A stretch of 55,312 nt of DNA from an uncultured Nitrososphaerota archaeon (GCA_964618805.1 CAZUBM010000002.1:1-55312); one strand, 5' to 3'. Numbered from the stretch's first letter, positions 38,335-48,430 are shown. Translations and numbers: made by a program. Notes: a model not told the origin generated them from the letters alone.

Positions 38335-39513
38335 ATGTATGAGATAAGTCAAAAGGAATATGAATCCAGAAGGGAGAGGGTCAGAAGTGAGCTTTACAGG
38401 AGAGGATTAGATGTTCTAATCCTCTTCAGTCCATTGAGGATATTTTACCTGACTGGCTACCACTTGCTTTCCACAGAAAGGCCTCTAGCTATGATATTTC
38501 CGAAAGACGAAGATCCTATATTTTACGTCCCTAAGCTCGAGGAAGATCACGTGAAGTACAGAGTTCCATGGGTAAGAAGGGTTTTCACCTACTTTGAGTA
38601 TCCAGGAACCGAGCATCCGCTTAAGCGCTTTGTAGAAGTCTTGAAAGAAGAAAAGATAGCGGAAAAGAGGATAGGAGTTGATTCAGATGGCTATTTGGGC
38701 AAATATGGGTACAAGGGTCCAGCCTTAAGCGAATTGCTAGGCAAGGAGGTCAAAAGGGTCCCTGAAATAGTGGATGACATGAGACTTGTGAAGTCCCAGG
38801 AGGAGATCTCCTTGCTTAGGGAGAGCGCTAAGTGGTGCACCCTAGCCTTAAGATACTTGCAAGAATACTCAGTTCCAGGCACATCCGAGGTTGAGGCATC
38901 CATGCTTGCTTCTATAGATGCTTCTAGTGCCATGATAAGGGCATTAGGCCAAGCAACTTTTGCATGGATCCCTCCTGCAAAGGCTTACTTCAGGGGCCAG
39001 GTGGGTAAACTATCATACTACCCTCACATGATGTACAACAATGTCTTGATCAAGGAAGGAGATGTGGTAATTGGAGAGGCATCTGCATACGTTGGAGGAT
39101 ACAGTGCTGAACTCGAGAGGACTATGATAGTTGGTTCTCCAAGCGAAGAACAAAAGAAGTACTTTAAAGCAATGATTAGAGCAAGGGAGGAAGCTCTTAA
39201 GGAATACAAACCCGGAAACCCTTGTTATGCACCCAATAGAGCTGCATTTAAGGTTTTCAGGGAAGAAGGTTTGCTTGAAATGGCTTTACATAGGACCGGA
39301 CACGGAATAGGGCTTGAGGGTCATGAGCCTCCCTGGATCGAGGAGGGAGATTCGACGGAGATGAAACCTGGCATGGTGTTCAGCTGCGAGCCAGGGATAT
39401 ATGTGCCTGGTTTAGGAGGTTTCAGACACTCAGACACTGTTGTAATTACCGAAGATGGGGCTGAAATGTTGACTAGCTATCCCACAGAGCTTGAAGAACT
39501 GATAATAAGGTGA
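38335..39513 (+). CDS. M24 (Xaa-Pro peptidase/creatinase) family hydrolase
   Basis: Creatinase-like N-domain, RLVKS.EEI, HRTGHGIGLEGHE, SCEPG, FRHSD. Confidence 0.88.
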   Translation: MYEISQKEYESRRERVRSELYRRGLDVLILFSPLRIFYLTGYHLLSTERPLAMIFPKDEDPIFYVPKLEEDHVKYRVPWVRRVFTYFEYPGTEHPLKRFVEVLKEEKIAEKRIGVDSDGYLGKYGYKGPALSELLGKEVKRVPEIVDDMRLVKSQEEISLLRESAKWCTLALRYLQEYSVPGTSEVEASMLASIDASSAMIRALGQATFAWIPPAKAYFRGQVGKLSYYPHMMYNNVLIKEGDVVIGEASAYVGGYSAELERTMIVGSPSEEQKKYFKAMIRAREEALKEYKPGNPCYAPNRAAFKVFREEGLLEMALHRTGHGIGLEGHEPPWIEEGDSTEMKPGMVFSCEPGIYVPGLGGFRHSDTVVITEDGAEMLTSYPTELEELIIR

Positions 39514-39578
39514 CCTATCCTAAAACATTCCTTAGCTCATGTTTAAACGGTTTCCTACCTCGATTAATTTGAATTGAT

Positions 39579-40778
39579 ATGTTCTCCTCACAAGAAATTG
39601 AGAAGATAAGGGCTGATTTCCCCGTACTTAAAGAAGTCGTTCATCTGGCTGCAGCAGCCACTTCTCCAATGCCATTATCTACAATAAAAGCGATTCAAGA
39701 GGGATTTAACAGAATCTATTTAAAATGGGACTGGTCTTGGGCAAAGGAAGTTGAGAAAGAATGTAAAAAAGCCATCAGCAGGCTAATAAACTCTGAATTA
39801 GATGAGATAGCGCTTATAAGAAGTACTACTGAGGGGATAAACGCCGTAGCTTCAGGAATATCTTGGAAGAAAGGCGATAACGTGGTTATAGATGACCTAG
39901 AATATCCTGCAAATGTAATTCCATGGTACCACCAAGCCAAGAGGCACGGGATAGAGGTAAGGATAGTGAGAAATGTAGGGGGATTTCTGAATACAGAGGC
40001 CTTTAGCGAGTCCATCGACAAGAACACAAGAGTTGTGGCTGTTAGCCATGTCCAGTTCGTTAACGGCTTCAGAGTAGATCTAAAGGAGCTTTCAAAGATG
40101 GCTCATGAGGTAGGCGCCCTCCTCTTTGTCGATGCCATACAGTCGTTAGGAGCAGTTAAGGTTGATGTTAGGGAATTAGGGATAGATGCTATGTCAGCAG
40201 GAGGCTATAAGTGGCTTTGCGGTCCTGCTGATACCGGCCTTCTATTTGTTAGAAGGGAAATAATGGAGGAGATAAGTCCTTCCTATATAGGATTTGAGAG
40301 TATAGACGATGAAGAGGAGAAGAAGCTCTGGGCAGATGTTGTCACAGGTCTAAGCTATGTTAAAGGGTACAAAAGTCTTTCAAAGACTGCAAAAAAGTTT
40401 GAGTATGGGTCCAGAAGTCATGCTTTGATTGCTGGCTTAAAGTCCTCCGTTGAGTATCTGTTAACCATAGGGATCGAGAGGATAGAGGATAGGATAGCTG
40501 AGCTAGTAGGCTATCTTCTCAAGAGATTAAATGAGGAAGGATATCGCACAATAACGCCAATAGAGAGGAAGTACAGGGCAGGGATCGTGAACTTCAACCC
40601 AGGGATAGATCTGAAGAAGGAGGAAGAAGCTGAAAAGCTTGTCTCCAAGCTTAGAGAGAAAAGAATCGTAGTAAGTGTGAGAGGAGGGGGGATAAGAGCA
40701 TGTTGTCACTTCTTCAACAAAGCTGAGGACGTAGATAAGCTTCTTGAAGCTATTAAAGCAATTATTAAGAGATCTTGA
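39579..40778 (+). CDS. Class V PLP-dependent enzyme
   Basis: STTEG, EYPAN, VDAIQSLG, GGYKWLCGP, HFFN..EDVD. Confidence 0.88.
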   Translation: MFSSQEIEKIRADFPVLKEVVHLAAAATSPMPLSTIKAIQEGFNRIYLKWDWSWAKEVEKECKKAISRLINSELDEIALIRSTTEGINAVASGISWKKGDNVVIDDLEYPANVIPWYHQAKRHGIEVRIVRNVGGFLNTEAFSESIDKNTRVVAVSHVQFVNGFRVDLKELSKMAHEVGALLFVDAIQSLGAVKVDVRELGIDAMSAGGYKWLCGPADTGLLFVRREIMEEISPSYIGFESIDDEEEKKLWADVVTGLSYVKGYKSLSKTAKKFEYGSRSHALIAGLKSSVEYLLTIGIERIEDRIAELVGYLLKRLNEEGYRTITPIERKYRAGIVNFNPGIDLKKEEEAEKLVSKLREKRIVVSVRGGGIRACCHFFNKAEDVDKLLEAIKAIIKRS

Positions 40779-40831
40779 GCTGAGAATTGAGGATCTTCAT
40801 ATACTCAAAGCTCAAGACACAGCTCCTATCC

Positions 40832-42406
40832 CTAATGCTTTAGAACTCTTCCTGGCAACTTTCCCGTATGTTCTCCTTTCTCAACAACCAATTCTCCATT
40901 AACAATTACGTACTCAATGCCCTTAGGATACTGATGTGGTTTCATGTAAGTTGCCCTGTCTATTATGGATCTTGGATCAAATATCACTATGTCTGCAGCC
41001 ATTCCTTCCCTTATTATGCCTCTGTCCTTTAGGCCAAGCTTGTTTGCAGGAAGTGATGTCATCTTCCTAACTGCTTCCTCTAAGATCAGCAATTTCTCCT
41101 CCCTGACATACCTTCCTAATATTCTTGGGAAGGTTCCATAGCTTCTTGGATGCGCAACTCCCTTAGCAAGGATGCCTTCAGGTTTCAAAGCATATCCATC
41201 GGTTCCAACCATCACCCATGGTTTAGTCATTATCTTCCTCACGTTTTCCTCAGATTGGTTGAAGTTAACTATACCTACTCCTTTTTTCTCCATAGCAGCA
41301 ATCTCTACAAGCTTTATTGCAGCATCTATAACGGACATTCCCATTTCTTTAGCGACTTCTGCGAGGGTTTTTCCTTCAAAACTCGGATTTGGTTCAAATC
41401 TGGAGATCAGAGCATTTTCTCCCCCTCCTCTTACCTCTATTACCTCTGCTAGCTCTTCTTTTATCTTTTCTCTTATCTCTGGATCCTTTAACCTCTCAAC
41501 AAGCTTCTCATATCCGCCTTCCTTTGCCCATTTCGGTATCCAAGCCATTAATGAAGTCCCACTTGCCCTATATGGATACTGATCTGCATTTACATTTACC
41601 CCCTCCCTTCTTGCGTTTTCGATTATTCCCAACATCTCGTCGCAAAGGTTCCAAAGGGGCCTTGCTAAGATCTTTAAGTGAGAGATCTCAACCGAGACTC
41701 CGGATTCTCTCCCTATCCTTATGGCCTCTTCGATCGCCTCGATTAACCTTCCACCATCTCCTTCGTCCCTTATGTGTGATGTATAGATTCCTCCTCTTCC
41801 TGCTACAACCTTTGCAAGCTCTATGATCTCTTCCGTCTTTGCATATGATTGTGGAACGTATCTCAAGCCTGTTGACATGCCAACAGCCCCTTCATCCAAC
41901 GATCTTGCGATAAGAGATTTCATTTCATTCATTTCTTCTTTTTTTGGCTCCCTAGCTTCATATCCCATTACGCTAAGTCTAACTGTTCCAAATCCGACAA
42001 GAGCAGCGACATTTATTGATATCCCATTTCTCTTAAGCCTTTCTAAATATTCGCCCATATAAGTCCAATCAACCCTTAGCTCATACCTCTCAGCAATCCT
42101 TTCAGCCTCCTCCCTAGCTTCTCCAAGAATTGGAGCCGCTGATTGTCCACAATTCCCTATAACTTCTGTTGTAACTCCTTGCCTTACCTTGCTATCTGCA
42201 AATGGGTTTACTAAGAGCGTGTAGTCAGAATGTCCATGCATGTCAATAAAACCAGGTGAAACGACGAGATTCGAGGCATCGATTTTAATCTCAGCACTTT
42301 TCTCTTTTATTTCTCCAACAAGTGCAATTTTTCCGTTCTCTATGTAGAGATCTCCAACGAAACCTGGTCTTCCTGTTCCATCAACTATAACTCCATTTTT
42401 TATCAA
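40832..42406 (-). CDS. N-acyl-D-amino-acid deacylase (D-aminoacylase family)
   Basis: PGFIDMHGHSD, GNCG, SHIRDE, ISHLK, DQYPY, HPRSYGTFPR. Confidence 0.92.
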   Translation of the reverse strand: MIKNGVIVDGTGRPGFVGDLYIENGKIALVGEIKEKSAEIKIDASNLVVSPGFIDMHGHSDYTLLVNPFADSKVRQGVTTEVIGNCGQSAAPILGEAREEAERIAERYELRVDWTYMGEYLERLKRNGISINVAALVGFGTVRLSVMGYEAREPKKEEMNEMKSLIARSLDEGAVGMSTGLRYVPQSYAKTEEIIELAKVVAGRGGIYTSHIRDEGDGGRLIEAIEEAIRIGRESGVSVEISHLKILARPLWNLCDEMLGIIENARREGVNVNADQYPYRASGTSLMAWIPKWAKEGGYEKLVERLKDPEIREKIKEELAEVIEVRGGGENALISRFEPNPSFEGKTLAEVAKEMGMSVIDAAIKLVEIAAMEKKGVGIVNFNQSEENVRKIMTKPWVMVGTDGYALKPEGILAKGVAHPRSYGTFPRILGRYVREEKLLILEEAVRKMTSLPANKLGLKDRGIIREGMAADIVIFDPRSIIDRATYMKPHQYPKGIEYVIVNGELVVEKGEHTGKLPGRVLKH

Positions 42407-42555
42407 TATCGTCCTATCTTTCAGCTTAACCCCTAATCCAAACGGAATTGTAAAATATAAACATAAAGAGTGTGAGGAAACTTTACAATCCTTAGAGGAG
42501 ACTACAAACTAGGAATTCGAAAATTTGGAAAATCTGATAATTCTACGACCCTGAA

Positions 42556-42783
42556 TCAGAACTTTATGATGATCTTCTTGTCAGGGTAGGTTTTGTTCCA
42601 CTGGATTATCTTGCTTTTTCCTAGCTCGCATCCACCATATTTCTTGAAACACCTCTCACAGTCTTTTGGTGTGATTAGCCATTGATATAAAGGATTTTGT
42701 TTTCTCTTACCTTGAGGGTTTTTTTTGTTTACGAAATATTCGACGGGGCAAATATATCTGAAAGGCTGTTTATCTTCGCTCAT
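42556..42783 (-). CDS. Small basic hypothetical protein with four Cys
   Basis: 75 aa; YICP...DCERC...GGC; CTTATAAG about 25 nt upstream. Confidence 0.55.
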   Translation of the reverse strand: MSEDKQPFRYICPVEYFVNKKNPQGKRKQNPLYQWLITPKDCERCFKKYGGCELGKSKIIQWNKTYPDKKIIIKF

Positions 42784-42947
42784 CTCTCAAGCCACTTAGT
42801 TTACATGAAGGCCAATCTTATAAGAATTTTTCTGGTTGGAAAGTTAATTTTTTTAACATAAATTCGGTTGAAAAATTTTACAAAAATATTTTCCCATTTT
42901 CTCATAAATTTGAAATCAATATTGGAGGAAAACAGCAACTGCTTTTC

Positions 42948-43370
42948 TCATTTATTCTTTTTTGGTCCTGCAAAAATTATATTGTACAATTTTTTCAGTT
43001 GGGGAACTAAAGTTCCTATGATGCTCCCAACGAAGACGCATAACATGATAGCGAGGGTTACTCCTAAGGATCTTTTTGCTGAGGAAGGAAATATTACGAG
43101 CATTAGGATCAAGATTGCACCAGTTCCGACCTTTATTCCCTCAAAGAGAGGTCTTCCAGATGACCTCTTAACTATCATGTACGAGGCTATTGCTCCTCCA
43201 AGAGCATAGACAAAAAAGGAAAGGAGCACGATTATACTCATAGTTTTTTCAGAAAATTGCGGAAGTTTCCGTAATAATATTCCCCAAATCCAAACAAAAA
43301 CTCCTGCAAGTGTAGACGCTGCCATATAATCGTAAAAAGTTGGACGCCTTTCTTCACTCAATTCGAACAA
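42948..43370 (-). CDS. Small four-TM membrane protein
   Basis: Four hydrophobic helices with GG motifs; divergent from the GlmL-like gene. Confidence 0.7.
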   Translation of the reverse strand: MFELSEERRPTFYDYMAASTLAGVFVWIWGILLRKLPQFSEKTMSIIVLLSFFVYALGGAIASYMIVKRSSGRPLFEGIKVGTGAILILMLVIFPSSAKRSLGVTLAIMLCVFVGSIIGTLVPQLKKLYNIIFAGPKKNK

Positions 43371-43435
43371 GCTAGCTTGTTTTCATTCAATAAAAATTTT
43401 TATAGGTAATATCATAGGTTAAATGGGAATTTCTA

Positions 43436-45301
43436 ATGCCCAAAACTCCTCTAGATGAGATGAAATTTATTCTTGCAACAGATGTGGGGAGTACGACTAC
43501 GAAGGCCAGATTCTTTAAGAGGACTGAAAATGGATGGAGGTACGTGATCAGCGGAGAGGCTCCAACAACAGTTGAGAAGCCATATGAGGATGTTACTCTT
43601 GGCGTAAGAAATGCTGTCAGGGAAGTAGAGGAACTAACTGGCCATAAATTGCTTTCTCCAGATGGTAGAGGAATTTTGATGCCATCAAGGAGTAATGAAG
43701 GAGTAGATCTCTACGTTACTACTAGTAGCGCTGGAGGAGGACTCCAGATGATGGTAGCAGGCCTTATAAGAAGCATGACTGCAGAAAGCGCTGAGAGAGC
43801 TGCGCTTGGTGCTGGAGCGATCGTAATGGATGTCATAGCAATAGATGACGGGAGGGAGATTTATCAGAAAATCGAGAGGATAAGACACCTAAGGCCAGAT
43901 ATGGTGCTCCTTGCGGGAGGGACCGATGGCGGGAACATAAAGGATGTCATCGAGATGTCCGAGATCCTAAAGGCAGCAAGGCCAAAACCGAGATTTGGAG
44001 TAACCTATAAGCTCCCAATTGTATATGCAGGAAATAAATTCGCTAGAGATCAAATTAAAGAACTTTTTGAGGAAGTCTTTGCGTTAACCATAGTCGATAA
44101 CATTAGACCTACGTTAGAGGAGGAGAATACGGAGCCTGCAAGGAGAGCAATACACGAGCTTTTCATGGAGCACGTTATGGCTCATGCTCCTGGATACGAT
44201 AAATTGATGAGGTGGACAGATGTTCCAATAATGCCAACTCCAGCAGGAGAAGGCATGATGATGCAACTTATCGCCAAAGTGTTCAACTGCAACACCCTGG
44301 GTGTTGGATTAGGAGGAGCAACGACTAACATTTACTCCATATACGATGGAAAGTTTGTCAGAAGCGTGAGCGCTAACCTTGGAATGAGCTACAGCATATG
44401 TAATGTCATGAAGGAAGCTGGAATAGAAAACATAATGAGATGGCTTCCATTTGAGAAGAGCGAAGATGACATAAGGAACAGGCTAAGGAACAAGATGATA
44501 AGGCCTACAACGATCCCTCAAACCCTCGAAGAACTCATGATAGAGCATGCGGTGGCTAGAGAAGCGATAAGATTAGGATTCAAGCACCATAAGACATTAG
44601 CTAGACCTCTAAGGGGAGCAAAAAGGAGAAGAGGTGCTCTATGGGAAGGAGCTGAGATCTCAGATATTTTTGCCGTTGAAGAGGTCTATGGAACCTACAT
44701 AAAGATGATGAATGTCAAGATAATAGCAGGAACGGGAGGTCTCCTGTCTCATGCTCCCAGGAGAGTTCAATCGATGCTCGTCTTAACCGATGGTTTCAGA
44801 CCAGAAGGCGTTACTAGGATGTTTCAAGATAGCGTTTTCATGATGCCTCACCTTGGCGTGCTATCAACAGTGTATCAGCAAGCTGCTTGGGAGATATTTG
44901 ACAAGGACTGTCTTGTAAGGCTTGGAACGCTAATTGCTCCGAAGGGGATAGCAAAACCTGGTGATAAAGTTTTGGACATCAAAATTGAGAAGCCGGATGG
45001 TATAGTGATTAAGGAAAGCGTTAACTTCGGCGAGATGAAGAGAATAGAACTTCCAGAGAGGGTTGAGGCGGATGCCTTCTTGGATCCAACGGGACATTTC
45101 GACCTTGGAGAGGGCCCTGGAAAGCCCGTTGAAACGAAGGTGTACGGAGGAGTGGTTGGGATAGTAATAGACGCCAGAGGAAGGCCTCTAAATCTTCCAG
45201 AGGATGGCAAGGAAAGGAGGAGAAAGTTGTTGGAGTGGTTCTATGCATTAGATGCATATCCGAAAGAGTTCCTTGATAGAATTAGGGAGGAATGGGCATG
45301 A
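43436..45301 (+). CDS. GlmL/MutL-like (glutamate mutase L family) ASKHA ATPase
   Basis: ATDVGSTTTK, APTTVE, TSSAGGGL, AALGAGA, LLAGGTDGGN, MPTP, GGATT, NLGMSYS. Confidence 0.88.
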   Translation: MPKTPLDEMKFILATDVGSTTTKARFFKRTENGWRYVISGEAPTTVEKPYEDVTLGVRNAVREVEELTGHKLLSPDGRGILMPSRSNEGVDLYVTTSSAGGGLQMMVAGLIRSMTAESAERAALGAGAIVMDVIAIDDGREIYQKIERIRHLRPDMVLLAGGTDGGNIKDVIEMSEILKAARPKPRFGVTYKLPIVYAGNKFARDQIKELFEEVFALTIVDNIRPTLEEENTEPARRAIHELFMEHVMAHAPGYDKLMRWTDVPIMPTPAGEGMMMQLIAKVFNCNTLGVGLGGATTNIYSIYDGKFVRSVSANLGMSYSICNVMKEAGIENIMRWLPFEKSEDDIRNRLRNKMIRPTTIPQTLEELMIEHAVAREAIRLGFKHHKTLARPLRGAKRRRGALWEGAEISDIFAVEEVYGTYIKMMNVKIIAGTGGLLSHAPRRVQSMLVLTDGFRPEGVTRMFQDSVFMMPHLGVLSTVYQQAAWEIFDKDCLVRLGTLIAPKGIAKPGDKVLDIKIEKPDGIVIKESVNFGEMKRIELPERVEADAFLDPTGHFDLGEGPGKPVETKVYGGVVGIVIDARGRPLNLPEDGKERRRKLLEWFYALDAYPKEFLDRIREEWA

Positions 45302-46434
45302 AAGTGTCACAATCTTCATATGCTTACACTCCAGGTCTAAAGATAAAGAGAGTCACGGTTGTTAGAAAAGAGAGGAAGCTACCAATTCCAGGAGACGTTC
45401 TTGTTAATGAAGGTGATCAAGTTTCATTTGACACAATCGTTGCAAGGACTTTCGTTCCAGGAGATCCCTACCTAATTAAGGTCGCAAGAGAGCTTGGTCT
45501 ACCCCCCGAGGACATAAAGTTCTATCTACTGAAGAAAAAAGGGGATAGAGTAAAGGAAGGAGAAGTTATTGCAAGATACAGAACGCTTTTCGGTCTAATA
45601 AATAAAGAAGTTGTCTCTCCAACGAACGGAGTGGTAGAAGATGTATCAATGACCACTGGCAGGATTATAATAAGAGGAGATCCAAAGCCTGTGGAGCTGA
45701 CTGCATACGTAGCAGGAAAGGTAGCTAAAGTCTTGCCAGGAGAAGGTGTAATTGTAGAAACGAGAGGAGCATTCGTTCAGGGGATATTTGGAGTCGGAGG
45801 AGAGACTAATGGTGAGATTAGGGTTCTCGTCCATTCACCTAGCGATGTACTTGATGTCAACATGCTTGACGATGACTGTAGAGGAAAGATCGTGATAGGT
45901 GGATCGTTAATAACGAAGGAAGCTTTAGAAAGGGCAATAAGTCTGGGAGTTGGAGGAATTGTTGTTGGAGGAATTAAGGACACAGATCTAATGGATGTAG
46001 TTGGGTATGAGATAGGAGTTGCAATTACCGGTCATGAGGAAATAGGGCTCACCCTGATCATAACTGAAGGATTCGGAAAGATGGCGATGTCAAGAAAGGC
46101 TTTTGACATATTCAAGGAGTTTGAGGGGTACAGGGCAGCAATGAACGGAGCAACTCAGATAAGAGCTGGTGTAATCAGGCCCGAGGTAGTCATACCTCAT
46201 GAAAAGAAGATATCGGAGTCTGAGCTTCTTGAACTTGATAAGGGAATAAAGCCAGGAACCATCGTTAGGATAATAAGGGAGCCATTCTTCGGAGAGATAG
46301 GAAAAGTCGTTAGCCTTCCGGTGGAACTTCAACTCATAGAAACCGAGTCAAAGGTAAGGGTTGCAGAAATAGAACTGGAAGATGGAAGGAGGGTTGTGGT
46401 CCCAAGGGCTAATTTAGAAATAATCGAGGAATGA
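45292..46434 (+). CDS. Uncharacterised partner of the GlmL-like protein (hybrid-barrel-like repeats, C-terminal KOW-like motif)
   Basis: Overlaps the GlmL stop; V.EGD.V and VKEGEVIA...SPTNGVV; QGIFGVGG; GVAITG.E; TEGFG; TQIRAGVIRP; GTIVRIIREPFFGEIGKV. Confidence 0.8.
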   Translation: MGMKVSQSSYAYTPGLKIKRVTVVRKERKLPIPGDVLVNEGDQVSFDTIVARTFVPGDPYLIKVARELGLPPEDIKFYLLKKKGDRVKEGEVIARYRTLFGLINKEVVSPTNGVVEDVSMTTGRIIIRGDPKPVELTAYVAGKVAKVLPGEGVIVETRGAFVQGIFGVGGETNGEIRVLVHSPSDVLDVNMLDDDCRGKIVIGGSLITKEALERAISLGVGGIVVGGIKDTDLMDVVGYEIGVAITGHEEIGLTLIITEGFGKMAMSRKAFDIFKEFEGYRAAMNGATQIRAGVIRPEVVIPHEKKISESELLELDKGIKPGTIVRIIREPFFGEIGKVVSLPVELQLIETESKVRVAEIELEDGRRVVVPRANLEIIEE

Positions 46435-46438
46435 GTCC

Positions 46439-46759
46439 TTACTTCTTTTTCCTTTCTTTTTCATTTTCCTTCTCTTCTTTCATTAATTCTTCAATTTTTT
46501 TAATTATTTTTTCTACATTTTCTCTTTTTGACACCAGCATCAAGAGGTCAGTTCCTAACTGTCCCCATTTACCTAAGAGCGGTAGGATGGGAGAAAGGAA
46601 GAAGAGGCCAAGTTGACCCCCAATAAAGGAGAGGGGCTTATAGCTCTCTAGATAAAGTAGAGCTACTGTTCCAAATCCAGATCTTACAATTTCAGATGCT
46701 ATCTTATTAATCAAATCCTCCTCTTCTTCAGGAGTTAATTCTCTTGGGATCATGGACAA
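46439..46759 (-). CDS. Small hypothetical protein with an amphipathic/hydrophobic core
   Basis: LESYKPLSFIGGQL...RENVEK; charged termini. Confidence 0.75.
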   Translation of the reverse strand: MSMIPRELTPEEEEDLINKIASEIVRSGFGTVALLYLESYKPLSFIGGQLGLFFLSPILPLLGKWGQLGTDLLMLVSKRENVEKIIKKIEELMKEEKENEKERKKK

Positions 46760-46921
46760 CTTGTTAACCCTCTAAAAAGCTCTACGATTTATTCTAAAAT
46801 CTATTCGTGTGCATTGTTTTTTATGTGCTTAAAAATCTAACTCAAACATGATTTAAAGGGATAGTTCAAAATTTTAGTCACAAAGAGGACAAAACAAGGA
46901 TCCTACTATTGCTTCTCTCCT

Positions 46922-46953
46922 GAAAAGAAAAAAGAGGAAAAAGAAAGGGAAGG
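46922..46953 (-). terminator. Oligo-T/pyrimidine-rich archaeal terminator of the membrane operon
   Basis: Minus strand CCTTCCCTTTCTTTTTCCTCTTTTTTCTTTTC about 20 nt after the stop at 46971. Confidence 0.6.
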
Positions 46954-46970
46954 TTAGTGTGTTCTCTATT

Positions 46971-47591
46971 TCAGGCTATCCCAAGCCAGTCTCTTAGAAG
47001 GAACAACATCCTGCCTTGGTACTGTGAGAACCTTGTCATAACGGTATTTCCGAATGCAGCTCCGAATGCTAGAAGCATGCCCCACCTTCCTATCTTTGGC
47101 AGCCATGACATAGTGCCTACATGTACTTGTCTAACTGTGAAGATGAAGTGTGTAAGGCAGGTCAAGCAAAGGATGAATATTATTATGGAGTTTAATGTAC
47201 CAAGCGCGGTCTCTGCAACCAAGGGACCAGCAGTAGCAGCTATCTGTTTGATGAAGTCGGTATGAACCATCCCTCTCATGCTCAATCCTATACCTTGACC
47301 TACTAGAAATGCTATTCCGTACCTGTAAAGCCAATAGTACTTCGGATGATACCTGAAGTACAAGAGAACCCCTAGGATAAATGGAACTATGTAAATGGCC
47401 TCTCCTCCAACCAAGTGAGACCATCCATATTTCTTGACGTTTTCAAATCCCATTACTACAGCATGCCCAGCTGCAACCCCAATGAAGGTGTACTCAGCGA
47501 ACTTGAATATTATGTTGTCCTTGAAAACATAACTAGTAGCAGCAATCGTATAGAAAGCAGCAATCCAAACCGAAATATCAGTTGACACCAT
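46971..47591 (-). CDS. Uncharacterised polytopic membrane protein (operon gene 4)
   Basis: About 6 TM; KDN..F..AE...IG...GH; AFGAAFGNTVMTR; GGAGGT RBS. Confidence 0.85.
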   Translation of the reverse strand: MVSTDISVWIAAFYTIAATSYVFKDNIIFKFAEYTFIGVAAGHAVVMGFENVKKYGWSHLVGGEAIYIVPFILGVLLYFRYHPKYYWLYRYGIAFLVGQGIGLSMRGMVHTDFIKQIAATAGPLVAETALGTLNSIIIFILCLTCLTHFIFTVRQVHVGTMSWLPKIGRWGMLLAFGAAFGNTVMTRFSQYQGRMLFLLRDWLGIA

Positions 47592-47593
47592 TC

Positions 47594-48430
47594 TTATTTA
47601 CCTCCCTCCTTACCTCTAGTTGCAAAATATGCTATGTTTCCAAGAATAACCAGTATTAGAACCCATGTCTGGGTCAAATTCAATATGTCCGTCGTCTTCA
47701 TGGCATCTCCAGGCTGACCTATCAAGTACTCATACTCTGCTGCCCCTCTTATACCATCCAACATTCCTGCAAGCGCTCCTGCATCGTAATACGGCTTCAT
47801 AGATGGAGTCATCATGCTAAGCCATCCACCACATGTTACCTTCTTGTACCTGCTGTACGCCTGATAAACCCAGCCCTCAGAAGTCTCTCCAGCGGTAGTT
47901 AGGTATGCGACCACGTCTATGTCATCTGCACCTCTTATGTTTGCCATCATTGGAAGGGTGCCAATTGGGTTCCCAAAGTGATCCACTGGAGCTGCAGCAT
48001 GAAGATCTCCAAGCACAGCAGCCATAGCTGTTTGAACACCAGCTATATATCCCAAGAAAACGTAATCTTCCCCATACTTCGCGCCATAAACCTCTTCTGG
48101 CTTAACTTCATCCATTATCAGCGGGTAAATTACGCATCCCTCTTGTGAAGTTGCCATGAGCACTACTTTGAGGTCTTTTGAGAAGCAATGCCTTAGAATT
48201 GCGATTGTTGCGGGACCCAACGTCGGGTACCCGCCCGATCCAAACCCTATGTCGAATAGAACAACATCTCCTGGCTTTAGCTGATCTATAGCATTGTAGT
48301 AGTCCTTTGTAGACTCAGATACAACTATTGGCAGCCCAAGCGGATGAAGCAACGGAATTGCCATGAATATAACCACTAGCGTCATTACGAACCATCTAGG
48401 AAGGGCCCCAACCTTTGCTACTGCAGACAT
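47594..48430 (-). CDS. Uncharacterised membrane protein with a central soluble domain (operon gene 3)
   Basis: N-terminal TM; YGEDYVFLGY, PYY.AG...G.L.G.RGAAEYE; C-terminal TM; GGAGGTGA RBS. Confidence 0.85.
   Translation of the reverse strand: MSAVAKVGALPRWFVMTLVVIFMAIPLLHPLGLPIVVSESTKDYYNAIDQLKPGDVVLFDIGFGSGGYPTLGPATIAILRHCFSKDLKVVLMATSQEGCVIYPLIMDEVKPEEVYGAKYGEDYVFLGYIAGVQTAMAAVLGDLHAAAPVDHFGNPIGTLPMMANIRGADDIDVVAYLTTAGETSEGWVYQAYSRYKKVTCGGWLSMMTPSMKPYYDAGALAGMLDGIRGAAEYEYLIGQPGDAMKTTDILNLTQTWVLILVILGNIAYFATRGKEGGK

Noticed and set aside
43436-45301. DNA mismatch repair MutL or a glutamate mutase operon
   Set aside because: The motifs are ASKHA-type, not GHKL; the name overlap is historical; no mutase subunits are in the window.
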